Source: Candidatus Eiseniibacteriota bacterium (GTDB lineage Bacteria > Eisenbacteria > RBG-16-71-46 > JAFGJU01). From it: DNA of 64,000 nt. The notes beneath the pieces are model-generated. The model was not told the DNA's origin, did not search any database, and worked only from the letters and a program-made list of their open reading frames with translations. This document shows, one piece after another, positions 28,642 through 36,972 of the stretch (position 1 is the stretch's first letter; each line of letters starts with the position of its first letter). The position numbers and the translations under genes were made by a program. Where the stretch lies: the NCBI GenBank assembly GCA_016928935.1, contig JAFGJU010000007.1, positions 7,172-71,171 on the forward strand, written 5' to 3'.

Positions 28642-28920
28642 CTATTGCTCCGACACGATGGATTTCAACGCGGATGCCGGCTTGAAGACCGGGACCAGTC
28701 TTGCCGGAACGATCAAGTCCGAACCTGTCCTGGGATTCTTGCCCATGGCCAGCGCCTTCTCGGCAACAGAGAAGGTGCCGAACCCCCGTAGCTTGACTTC
28801 AGTGCCTTCACTCAGAGCTCTGGAAATGGAACCGAAAATCTGCTCCACCACCTCGGCCGTCTGAGCCCGCGGCATCTTGGTCCTTCTCGACACATCCGCT
28901 ATTATGTCATGCTTGGTCAT
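28642..28920 (-). CDS. hup: HU/IHF family DNA-binding protein
   Basis: GFGTFSVAEKALAMGKNPRTGSDLIVPARLVPVFKPASALK. SD GGAGGAG. Confidence 0.9.
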   Translation of the reverse strand: MTKHDIIADVSRRTKMPRAQTAEVVEQIFGSISRALSEGTEVKLRGFGTFSVAEKALAMGKNPRTGSDLIVPARLVPVFKPASALKSIVSEQ

Positions 28921-28947
28921 CGCAGCTCCTCCGGCCGGTCTCGTCAG

Positions 28948-29172
28948 CTAATCGCATATGGAGCAGCTTCCGTCGCCGCACGTGCTGCATGACGACTTCG
29001 ACCCGGAAGTACCCGTCGTTCTTCCGGACGAACGCACGCCAAACACCGAAAACAGCCGCTCCGTTTTGCTGGCCCCGCACTCGGGACACCGGACACCGCG
29101 GTCCTTGCCCACCGGGCAGAGTTTCTCAAACTCCTTGCCGCACACGCTGCATTTGAATTCGTATATCGGCAT
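28948..29172 (-). CDS. FmdB-family zinc-ribbon putative regulatory protein
   Basis: MPIYEFKCSVCGKEFE...CPECG (two CxxC pairs) with a Ser/Gly-rich tail. ATG at 29172 with GGGGTG SD; the track ORF starts 11 codons upstream. Confidence 0.7.
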   Translation of the reverse strand: MPIYEFKCSVCGKEFEKLCPVGKDRGVRCPECGASKTERLFSVFGVRSSGRTTGTSGSKSSCSTCGDGSCSICD

Positions 29173-29214
29173 ATTCATCACCCCTGTTAAACGTATCACG
29201 CCCACACGACCCTG

Positions 29215-29484
29215 TCAACCGTCGGGTGTCACTTCGTCCGGTATGCCCACTATGGTGGCGTCGCTCGGGTTGAACCTTTCGGGAAGCGCGTTCGCCGCCT
29301 CCCTGCCCTTGACGAAGAACACAACCTGGCCCGGCGCCGCGCTCACCGTGTCCACGGCGACGATGGCCGGGCCCGTGACCTGGCCGCTCTCGTCCAGCGG
29401 CTCCACCACCAGCAACCGCTGCCCTTTCAAGGACGCCACTTTGGCGGTCGCCACCACTGTCCCTATGACTCTGCCCAGGTGCAA
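29215..29484 (-). CDS. BMC vertex protein (EutN/PduN/CcmL family, BMC-P)
   Basis: MHLGRVIGTVVATAKV...LLVVEPLDESG...AVDTVSAAPGQVVFFVKGREAA matches the PduN pattern. TTG start with AGGAGAG SD. Confidence 0.85.
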   Translation of the reverse strand: MHLGRVIGTVVATAKVASLKGQRLLVVEPLDESGQVTGPAIVAVDTVSAAPGQVVFFVKGREAANALPERFNPSDATIVGIPDEVTPDG

Positions 29485-29499
29485 ACCCCACTCTCCTGG

Positions 29500-30120
29500 C
29501 TACAGGACCTTCTGAAACAAAGATTCGTCGGGCCGAGGTATGACCACGCTTCTGACCAACAGGCCCTTCTTGCTGGCGTAGGCGCTTCCCGCACTGACCG
29601 AGGCCTCCACCTCGCTCACTGCACCCGTCATGGTTACGAACGCCTTTCCACCCAGACCCTTCGCCAGCCGTATCTCGATTATCTTCACCCGTGCGGCCTT
29701 CCCGGCCAGGTCGGCAGACATGATCGTGGAAGCGACCGAGAACGTTTCGATCACTCCCAGCGAGTCCAGCCGCTGCACCTCCGACGTCCCTGTCAGCGCC
29801 GGAAAGATGCCCGGGTGCGGGTTCGGCAGGAAGAGCGTATCGACCACGCTCTCAGCTCCTATCGCCTCGCCCCTCGCAACGCTCGCGTCCACGCTGGCCA
29901 CGTCACCCTTGACTATGACCACGTACTTGCCTGCGCACACGGGCGTGGCCTCGACCAGCTCGACCGGAGCCACCTTCAACATCTCGTCTGCCGCCTGAAC
30001 GCCTATGGCGACGCTGTTGAGCTCCACCAAGCCGAGGGCCGCGGACGCCGACACCCGACCCGCCAGCTCCGGTCCGCTTTCCGGACCCGCCTTGCCACGT
30101 CTGTCTCCGTCTCCGGTCAT
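29500..30120 (-). CDS. tandem BMC-domain shell protein (BMC-T, PduT-like)
   Basis: Two consecutive BMC domains (ALGLVELNSVAIGVQAADEMLK... and SLGVIETFSVASTIMSADLAGKAARV...). Domain 1 carries a Cys (PVCAGKY) at the position used for a pore Fe-S cluster in PduT. ATG at 30120; the track GTG is at 30132. Confidence 0.8.
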   Translation of the reverse strand: MTGDGDRRGKAGPESGPELAGRVSASAALGLVELNSVAIGVQAADEMLKVAPVELVEATPVCAGKYVVIVKGDVASVDASVARGEAIGAESVVDTLFLPNPHPGIFPALTGTSEVQRLDSLGVIETFSVASTIMSADLAGKAARVKIIEIRLAKGLGGKAFVTMTGAVSEVEASVSAGSAYASKKGLLVRSVVIPRPDESLFQKVL

Positions 30121-30217
30121 GTCACTTCTCACTCTCGTTCGCTCTTCCGCCTACAAGGCAGACTCAGTTCTCACGCTTCGGGCGCCAGTCCGGTCGGGCC
30201 AGACAGTGCCGCGCGAA

Positions 30218-31540
30218 TCAGCTCGTGACGTGCAGGTACTCCTCGGTTATCGACGTCACCTGTCCGTCTATGCTGGCGTGCGCGACCGCCCCGGGGCCCG
30301 GCCCCTCGGGCTCAGCCACCACGGTGCCGCGGGTCACGCTCGCGCCCTTGGACACACACGGCCTGAGCCTGCCCCACTTTTCCCGCAGCGGGATCTTGAC
30401 CACCGTCGCTTCCAGGGCGCTTCTCGGCACAGGGTGAGGTCCCGCGTACCCGGCCAGGCCGAACCTGGCCGTCAGCCGCTCCACCGGGACGCGCCTGCCG
30501 CTCCGCTCGGGCAGCGGCGCCGTGGCCGCACGCTTGACCGTCAGCCGCACGCCTTTCGCCACCAGCTCCTGCTTGACGGCCTGAAAGATCAGCACCGGAG
30601 AGAGCTCCATCGGGCACACGAAGTGCCCGCACAACCCGCACTCCGAACAGAGCATTGCGCTCGCCAACTCTTCTTCCGACCCCTCAATCCAGAGCGCCAC
30701 AGACCGCATGATCTTGTGCGGAAACAGCTGATGTCCCATGAGGTACCTCGGACACATGAGGGTGCAGTCCATGCACTGCATGCACGCCGCCATGGCTCGC
30801 CTGACGCTCACGGACAGTCTCACTCTCCGCCTTCTGACAAGCGGATTGTCCGGCGGAAGGACTATGACGGCGGTCGTGGTCTTCCTGACCGGCGTATCCG
30901 CGTCCTCGGTAATCTCTCCCATCATGGGGCCGCCCATGACTATCACGAACGGCCGCACCGATGCCCCACCGCATGCCTCTATCAACGCGTTTGCGCTGGT
31001 TCCTATCGGCACCAGCAGCGTGCGCGGCTTCCGCACCTCTCCTACGACCGTCACGTATCTCTCGGTGAAGGCTCTGCCCTCGTTCGAGAGTGCCACCCGC
31101 CACAGTGTCGTGACGTTGCTCACCAGAACCGAGACCTCCGGCGGAATGCCTCCCTGCGGCACGACTCGTCCCGTGACTTCCTCCACCAGCAGGTGCTCGT
31201 CACCAGCCGGATAGACGTCGTCGAGCAGGTGCAGCGTGAAATCCCCCCTCTTCCTGGAGAGCTCTTCAAGCACCGCCACCTGCTCCTTCCTCTTCCGTTT
31301 TAACGCCACGATCGCCCTGGTGGCGCCCACGGCGCCGCGCATCAGAGCCAGTCCCTCCAGCATCCGTTCCGGGTCCGCGGAGATGACCGCGCTGTCCGAT
31401 GCCACAAGCGGTTCGCACTCGGCGTAATTCGCCACCACCGTGTCCACGCAGGCCGCGGCCTTCACGTGAGTCGGAAAACCGGCTCCGCCGGCCCCCGCCA
31501 CCCCCGCCTGTTCTATCTTCCGTACGATGTCGTTGGCCAA
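30218..31540 (-). CDS. PduS-like RnfC-family Fe-S flavoprotein (NADH-dependent oxidoreductase)
   Basis: N-terminal GAGGAGFPTHVK NADH/FMN motif near the start, as in PduS. Two 4Fe-4S ferredoxin motifs (CMQCMDCTLMCP, CSECGLCGHFVCP). A C-terminal extension of about 100 aa. Confidence 0.8.
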   Translation of the reverse strand: MANDIVRKIEQAGVAGAGGAGFPTHVKAAACVDTVVANYAECEPLVASDSAVISADPERMLEGLALMRGAVGATRAIVALKRKRKEQVAVLEELSRKRGDFTLHLLDDVYPAGDEHLLVEEVTGRVVPQGGIPPEVSVLVSNVTTLWRVALSNEGRAFTERYVTVVGEVRKPRTLLVPIGTSANALIEACGGASVRPFVIVMGGPMMGEITEDADTPVRKTTTAVIVLPPDNPLVRRRRVRLSVSVRRAMAACMQCMDCTLMCPRYLMGHQLFPHKIMRSVALWIEGSEEELASAMLCSECGLCGHFVCPMELSPVLIFQAVKQELVAKGVRLTVKRAATAPLPERSGRRVPVERLTARFGLAGYAGPHPVPRSALEATVVKIPLREKWGRLRPCVSKGASVTRGTVVAEPEGPGPGAVAHASIDGQVTSITEEYLHVTS

Positions 31541-31615
31541 ACCGTCCCCGTCACGCCCTGCCCGCGCTGCGTCGCCCGCCCGGCCGCGCCCATGCGACGA
31601 CTCCCCATACGCGGG

Positions 31616-33130
31616 TCATACTATCCTGAAATAGTCCACAAGAACGCAGCGCCGCATCCTGGCGAAATGCCTGGCCGAGGTCAAACCCTCTCCGGTCGGG
31701 CTGGCTATCGTGAAGCTGGTGTAGCCCTCGCCGCCCAGGCCCAGTCCGGCGTAGGACGGCCCGTTCTTCACGAATATCGAGACGTCCATCTCCCTGGCCA
31801 TCCGGCTCAAGTGCTCGATGTTCTTGGAGTGCATGACCGCCGTGTGTCCCAGGTCCCGCTCGACCCTCTTCGCCAGGGTGATTGCCTCTGCCGCGTCCTT
31901 CACCCTGACCAGCGGTATTATCGGCATGAGCATTTCGGTCCAGACGAACGGATGGTCCCATTGAACTTCTATGAACCCAAGCCGGGACCCGTTGCTCACC
32001 CGCACGCCCGCCTCCGCCAAAATCAAGGGCAGGTCTCTGCCGACGAATTCTCTCCTCGCCGCTGACGGCCGCGCCGGTCCACGATTCTCCGCCAGGACGA
32101 GGCCGGCCAGCTTCGAGGCCAGCCCGCTGTCCAGCTCAACCCCGCCGGCCTTCACCAGAGCCGCCTTCAGCTCGGCCGCGACCGAATCCACGACTATGAT
32201 CTCCTTCTCCGAGATGCACACGATGCCGTTGTCCAACGACGCGCCGCCGAAGATGTCCCTACCCGCTTTGTCTATGTCGGCAGTGTCGTCAACCACTACG
32301 GGAGGGTTTCCCGGCCCTCCGGCTATGACCTTTTTTCCGCAGTCCATCGCCGCCCGCACCACGGCGGGCCCCCCCGTCACCACCAAAAGGTCCACCCCGC
32401 CGTGCTTCATCAACTCCTGAGAGAGCTGTATGGAAGGCTCCTCGAACGTCACGAGCAGGTTATTGATGCCCGACGCGGAGGCGATTGCGTCGTTCAGGAG
32501 CTGCACCGCCGCCAGCGTAGTCTGTTTGGCGGAAGGATGGGGACAGAACACCACCGCGTTTCCGGCGGCCACCATGCCTATTGCGTTGTTGATGACTGTC
32601 TCGGACGGATTGGTGGAAGGCGTTATGGCCGCTATGACCCCGTACGGAGCCCATTCCGTAAGTGTGAGTCCCCTGTCCCCCGTCCAGGACACCGGCACAA
32701 GGTCCTCCACTCCGGGCGTCTTCTCCGCCACGAGCAGGTTCTTCTTGACCTTGTCGTCCACCCTCCCCAGGCCGGTCTCCTTGACCGCCATACTGGAGAG
32801 CAAGAGTGCGTTTCTGGCCGAGGTCTCCCGCATGGCGGCGATCATCTTTTTCCTCGTCTCGAGGGCGGTGGCCGCCAGCGCTTCCCGGGCTCTGTTGGCC
32901 GCGCGCGCCGCTGACTCGGCGTCTCTGAACACCGAGTCCGAACTCGACCGCACCCCGGCCGCGGCGGGCGGTCTGAAATTCCCCTTGATGAGTGCGTCGT
33001 CCCTCCCGGCAGTCCGCCGAGCCACATCCCGGACCGCCGGCTCCGCGGCCGACGCCTCGGCCTTCAGTCTCCTCAGCACCGAATCCACCAGTGCCGAGAT
33101 TCTGTCTTCGTCCGACACCATGACGTCCAT
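31616..33130 (-). CDS. CoA-acylating aldehyde dehydrogenase (PduP/EutE-like) with an N-terminal encapsulation-peptide-like extension
   Basis: ALDH fold with a catalytic Cys region (IVCISEKE) and GGPGNPPVVVD. An extension of about 65 aa begins with the amphipathic DRISALVDSVLRRLKAE helix, followed by a linker. Confidence 0.9.
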   Translation of the reverse strand: MDVMVSDEDRISALVDSVLRRLKAEASAAEPAVRDVARRTAGRDDALIKGNFRPPAAAGVRSSSDSVFRDAESAARAANRAREALAATALETRKKMIAAMRETSARNALLLSSMAVKETGLGRVDDKVKKNLLVAEKTPGVEDLVPVSWTGDRGLTLTEWAPYGVIAAITPSTNPSETVINNAIGMVAAGNAVVFCPHPSAKQTTLAAVQLLNDAIASASGINNLLVTFEEPSIQLSQELMKHGGVDLLVVTGGPAVVRAAMDCGKKVIAGGPGNPPVVVDDTADIDKAGRDIFGGASLDNGIVCISEKEIIVVDSVAAELKAALVKAGGVELDSGLASKLAGLVLAENRGPARPSAARREFVGRDLPLILAEAGVRVSNGSRLGFIEVQWDHPFVWTEMLMPIIPLVRVKDAAEAITLAKRVERDLGHTAVMHSKNIEHLSRMAREMDVSIFVKNGPSYAGLGLGGEGYTSFTIASPTGEGLTSARHFARMRRCVLVDYFRIV

Positions 33131-33162
33131 CTCACGGTCAACTCAGACTCGCGCCGGGGCCG

Positions 33163-33462
33163 TCAGCCGGAAATGCCCTTCTGGTACGTCTCCTTACCGC
33201 CGATCTCCAGAGTGTCGACAATGCCCATTATCACGGAGTCGACGGGTTTGTCCCTGGTCACGTCCGTCAACCTCGCGGAGCTCCCGGACGAGTACAGCAC
33301 CACTTCCCCCACCCCGGCGCCGACCGCGTCCGCAGCCACCACGAACCCGGGCTTGAGCTTCATGTCGATATCCAGCTCTCTGACCACCAGAAGCTTGATT
33401 CCGCTGAGAGCTTCTTCCTTGCGCGTGGACACGACTGTGCCCACGACTCTGCCGAGAATCAC
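33163..33462 (-). CDS. BMC vertex protein (EutN/PduN/CcmL family, BMC-P)
   Basis: [17 protein letters not shown]...LLVVRELD...[25 protein letters not shown] start with GAGGAGGAG SD. Confidence 0.85.
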   Translation of the reverse strand: MILGRVVGTVVSTRKEEALSGIKLLVVRELDIDMKLKPGFVVAADAVGAGVGEVVLYSSGSSARLTDVTRDKPVDSVIMGIVDTLEIGGKETYQKGISG

Positions 33463-33474
33463 TTCTCCTCCTCA

Positions 33475-33768
33475 CTATCTCTTAGATTCGGAGGCTCTGC
33501 CTATGGGCAGCACGTCCTCAAGGCTGGAGTGAGGTCTCGGGATAATGTGCACCGACACCACCTCGCCGACCTTGCTCGCGGCGCTGCCGCCCGCGTCCGT
33601 CGCGGCCCTCACCGCGGCCACGTCACCTCTCACAATCGCGGTCACGTACCCGCCGCCGGTCCTCTCGTATCCTATGAGTCTGACCTTGGCCGCCTTGACC
33701 ATCGCGTCCGAAGCCTCGACCATCGCGACGAAGCCTCGCGTCTCGATCAAACCAAGAGCTTCTTCCAT
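33475..33768 (-). CDS. BMC hexamer shell protein (BMC-H, PduA/EutM-like)
   Basis: [29 protein letters not shown]...HIIPRPH is the canonical PF00936 pattern. The ATG at 33768 has better SD spacing than the track start at 33774. Confidence 0.9.
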   Translation of the reverse strand: MEEALGLIETRGFVAMVEASDAMVKAAKVRLIGYERTGGGYVTAIVRGDVAAVRAATDAGGSAASKVGEVVSVHIIPRPHSSLEDVLPIGRASESKR

Positions 33769-33799
33769 CTCCATTCCTCCGTTCGGGACTGGCCGACGT

Positions 33800-34072
33800 C
33801 TACTTCAACAACGGCTCCTCAAGCTGAGAGTGAGGACTGGGTATCACGTGCGAAGACACCAGCTCCCCCGTCTTCTGCGCCGCCGCGGCTCCGGCCTGCA
33901 CAGCGGCCTTGACGGCGCCGACGTCCCCTCTCACCAGCGCGGTCACGTACCCGCCGCCGGTCCTCTCGTACTTCACTAAAGTCACTTTGGCGGCCTTGAC
34001 CATCGCGTCCGACGCCTCCACCATCCCCACGAACCCCTTGGTCTCAATCATCCCCAGAGCTTCTCCCTGCAA
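33800..34072 (-). CDS. BMC hexamer shell protein (BMC-H), paralog
   Basis: [30 protein letters not shown]...HVIPSPH. TTG at 34072 lies 9 nt after GGCAGGAG; the track GTG is at 34081. Its nucleotide sequence is near-identical to the adjacent paralog over long stretches. Confidence 0.9.
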   Translation of the reverse strand: MQGEALGMIETKGFVGMVEASDAMVKAAKVTLVKYERTGGGYVTALVRGDVGAVKAAVQAGAAAAQKTGELVSSHVIPSPHSQLEEPLLK

Positions 34073-34134
34073 TAGAATCACCTCCTGCCGAAGACGGCGT
34101 TAGTCTCTACCCCCAAAATTAGCATTGACCCACG

Positions 34135-34878
34135 TCACAGTATCTCGACCAACGTGCCGCAATGAACGTCCGCCGCGTTGGCGTCGTCCGTGTCCAGATG
34201 CATCTCCAACACGTAGGAAGAACTCACCCGCATAAGCACGTTCTCAAAGACGACTCCCTTCTGACCGTACACGCGCACCGACACCGTCTGTCCGTCCTCC
34301 ACACCCAGCCTCTCCGCGTCTTCGGGCGCGGCGTGCACGTGCCTCAACGCTCTTATGCCGCCCTCCTTCAGGCTGATCGCGCCCCTGGGCCCGACCAACA
34401 CGATCGGCGCGCTGCCCTCGAGTTTTCCCGAGTCTCTGACCGGAAGCTCCATGCCCAGCGCCACGCCGTCCGTCCTGGACAGCTCCGCCTGCGTGTACTC
34501 CCGGATGGGCCCGATGATACGCACGTCCTGAATTGAGTGCATCCGCGGCCCCACTACCGTGAGGGTCTCCTTCGCGGAGAACTCACCGGGCTGGCTCAGG
34601 TCTCGAAACCTCGTGAGCTCGCATCCCGCCCCGTACGTGGCGTCCAGCACTCCCCTCGTCAGGTGCACGTGCCTCGCGGATACCGCCACCGGCACCAGCC
34701 GCGACGCGACACCCTTCAGGCGCTCTCTCACTCTGGCCAGCACCGCTGCCGTGAGCTGGCTCAGGTCTGTTTCACCCAGGCTCGCGAGCCCCGCTTCCGC
34801 GTCGCCGGTCCATCCCACACCCTCGCAGTAACCGCATTCCTGGCAGGCCGTGCTTCTTCTTTCCACTCGGACCCCCAA
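34135..34878 (-). CDS. pduL: phosphate propanoyl/acetyltransferase PduL (PTAC) with an N-terminal extension
   Basis: Two PduL repeats with VSARHVHL and HVHAAPEDAERLG motifs and GQFAAEETV-like GEFSAKETLTVVGPRMHS. The start codon is uncertain (TTG at 34878, GTG at 34866). The extension contains CQECGYCEG and the amphipathic LTAAVLARVRERL helix. Confidence 0.85.
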   Translation of the reverse strand: MGVRVERRSTACQECGYCEGVGWTGDAEAGLASLGETDLSQLTAAVLARVRERLKGVASRLVPVAVSARHVHLTRGVLDATYGAGCELTRFRDLSQPGEFSAKETLTVVGPRMHSIQDVRIIGPIREYTQAELSRTDGVALGMELPVRDSGKLEGSAPIVLVGPRGAISLKEGGIRALRHVHAAPEDAERLGVEDGQTVSVRVYGQKGVVFENVLMRVSSSYVLEMHLDTDDANAADVHCGTLVEIL

Positions 34879-34916
34879 TGACCGTCGACCGCTGGCGCAA
34901 CTGATTAGGTGTGGGT

Positions 34917-34946
34917 AAATTAGCAGAGGGCCGCAATTACTGTCAA
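34917..34946 (-). promoter_or_regulatory. sigma70-like promoter candidate for the BMC operon (TTGACA-18-TAATTT on the minus strand)
   Basis: On the minus strand, TTGACA corresponds to plus 34941-34946 and TAATTT to plus 34917-34922. It lies about 40 nt upstream of the pduL start. Confidence 0.3.
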
Positions 34947-35582
34947 CTCTTAAAGAGACTCCTGGCTGCGAGCCCGGAGAGGCGCCGGGTGGCGCGGGTC
35001 GCGAGGTGAAGCGGGCTATCTCCTGCCGGTTGAGACGTGGAATCGGCCACGGCCAGAGGCCGCGGAGCCGCGTTCCGCGAGGGGTGCGAGGTCCCCGGTG
35101 GTTCCTCGTTCAAGAAGAATGGAAGCGCGGGGAGCCTCCCGGGCACAAGATCCCTCCCCTGCGACGACGGAGGAAATCGCAAGGCGAGTTTCTCGCTGAG
35201 GCAGAAGTCGGAAGGATTGTTGATGAGAAGAACAGGACCCTTGCCGCGTTTGTCTCCCCGGCCTCCTACTCGACTGTGTTGTTCGCACCACGCGGTGAAT
35301 ACAACTTCCGTGCCATCCGCTCGGGGCACGCTGCAAGCCGGCGTGGCTGTTCAGGCTCAACGAGTTGGCCGTGGGATAACACAGACTTCACAGGACTGCG
35401 CTCAATTCACAGCGTGAACCCCGTGCACGCCCGCCGGGGCCGTCCCGGATTTCCCCAAGTCAACACGCGACATGCGGCCGGGAACTGAGTTCACGCATAC
35501 GCAACCGGCGCGCCGCTCGGGGCTCCGGGGCCGAGCATATGGGCCCGGCCCCGAGCCAAACGGCCCCGGCCTGGAAGCAAGA

Positions 35583-35646
35583 GGCTCCGTCCGACGACTC
35601 TCTGGCGGTCACCCGGGTGAGGGGTGACCGCCTGTCGGACGGAGCC
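35583..35646 (-). terminator. long GC-rich nested hairpin downstream of the PDZ gene (terminator-like, no U-tract)
   Basis: Outer 13-bp inverted repeat ggctccgtccgac / gtcggacggagcc encloses an inner 11-bp stem ggcggtcaccc / gggtgaccgcc with a 7-nt loop. It lies about 35 nt after the stop of the 35681-36697 gene. Confidence 0.4.
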
Positions 35647-35680
35647 TAATTCCCAATCTCGCCTGACGGAGTGTCGGCGG

Positions 35681-36697
35681 CTATCGTGAGCCCAGTTCCT
35701 CGTCGAGCTCCTCCAAACGCTCCTTCAGCTTCTCCAGTTCCTCGGACAGGGCCTCCATGCGGCGCTCCAGATCGGCGTTACGCTTCATGTCCTCCAGCCC
35801 GGGCACGATGAAATCGTGCTTGAACTCCAGGCCCTTCTCGCCGATGCCCTCCATCCACGCGCGGAACGGACCCTTCTCCAGCGTGACCTTGAGGCTGAGC
35901 GGCTTGCCCTTCCTCACCAGCGAGACTTCCACCGTCTCGCCGTCCTCCTTGTCCCCCAGGGTATCGGTGAGCTCTCTCGTGTCAGCCACCTTCTCGCCGT
36001 CGATCGCCGTGATGACGTCGCCGGCCTTCATGCCGGCCTCTTCGGCCGCGCTCCCGTCCAGGACCTCAGTCACGAGCACGCCCTCCTCGACGCCGAAGTA
36101 CTCTCCCAGGCCTCCACTCACCTCCTGGACGTTGACTCCCAGATGCCCGCGGTCCAACTCGATCCTGAGCCGTCTGAGCGGCGGCATGGTCTCGGACCAC
36201 ATGGACCTCGATTTGGGAAACAGGATCGCCTTGTCCCCGGGTTTCTTCGCGGGCACCGCCCCCAGAGTCACGCCGATTCTGCGTTTCTTCCCGTCCCTCA
36301 CCACGGAGACGACCACCTCGCTGCCCGGCTTCTTCGCCCGTATCAACTCCACCAGGTCGTCAGGCGCCTCTACGTCCTTTCCGCTCACGGACTGTATGAG
36401 GTCCCCGAGGCGTATGCCGGCCTTGTCGGCCGGGCTTCCGTCCGTCACGCCCGCCACCACCACGCCCGTGAACTCGTCCTCGATGTCCAGTACCTCTCTA
36501 AGCTCTTCATCCAGGTCCTGCACGACCACTCCCAACCACGCATTCCCCGCCGTCGACTTCTCGGAGGAAGTGCTCGCGCACGGGAGCACTCCCGCCTGCG
36601 CGTCGCACTCGCCCGCCGACGCCGACGGTGAGAGAATGAGCGACCAGAGGACCAGCCACACCGGAAGACCCAGAAGAGCTTCATAGCGACGACTCAT
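35681..36697 (-). CDS. periplasmic tandem-PDZ domain protein (no protease domain) with a C-terminal coiled coil
   Basis: Signal peptide. Two PDZ domains (GVVVAGVTDGSPADKAGIRLGDLIQSVSG; GVLVTEVLDGSAAEEAGMKAGDVITAIDG). A charged coiled-coil tail. SD AAGGAGG. Confidence 0.7.
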   Translation of the reverse strand: MSRRYEALLGLPVWLVLWSLILSPSASAGECDAQAGVLPCASTSSEKSTAGNAWLGVVVQDLDEELREVLDIEDEFTGVVVAGVTDGSPADKAGIRLGDLIQSVSGKDVEAPDDLVELIRAKKPGSEVVVSVVRDGKKRRIGVTLGAVPAKKPGDKAILFPKSRSMWSETMPPLRRLRIELDRGHLGVNVQEVSGGLGEYFGVEEGVLVTEVLDGSAAEEAGMKAGDVITAIDGEKVADTRELTDTLGDKEDGETVEVSLVRKGKPLSLKVTLEKGPFRAWMEGIGEKGLEFKHDFIVPGLEDMKRNADLERRMEALSEELEKLKERLEELDEELGSR

Positions 36698-36972
36698 GTC
36701 CTGACCTCCTTACGCAAAGAGTTTCCCGCCGTGGAATTTCGGAACCGCCTGCACCTGAGGCGCCCCGAGCCTCGCAACCAGGTTCTTGAACACCCCGTGC
36801 CCACGCGAAGTTCCGTGCGCTGCGGACCGGCGAGGGTCGCGCATTGAAGCCCGGGCCACAAGCCGCGGGAGACAGCACCAGCCGGCCGCGGCGTCAGTCG
36901 AGACGGGCCCGCCGACAATGCAGTCTCGTGCTCGCCGGTGCCGCGAACCTCGCGACCGCGCCCGACTCGCGG

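Noticed and set aside
34943-35488. Short ORFs (34943-35329 minus, 35006-35488 plus, 35016-35360 minus) in the gap upstream of the BMC operon
   Set aside because: They overlap one another in different frames, show no similarity to anything recognisable and have no SD. The region is treated as non-coding.
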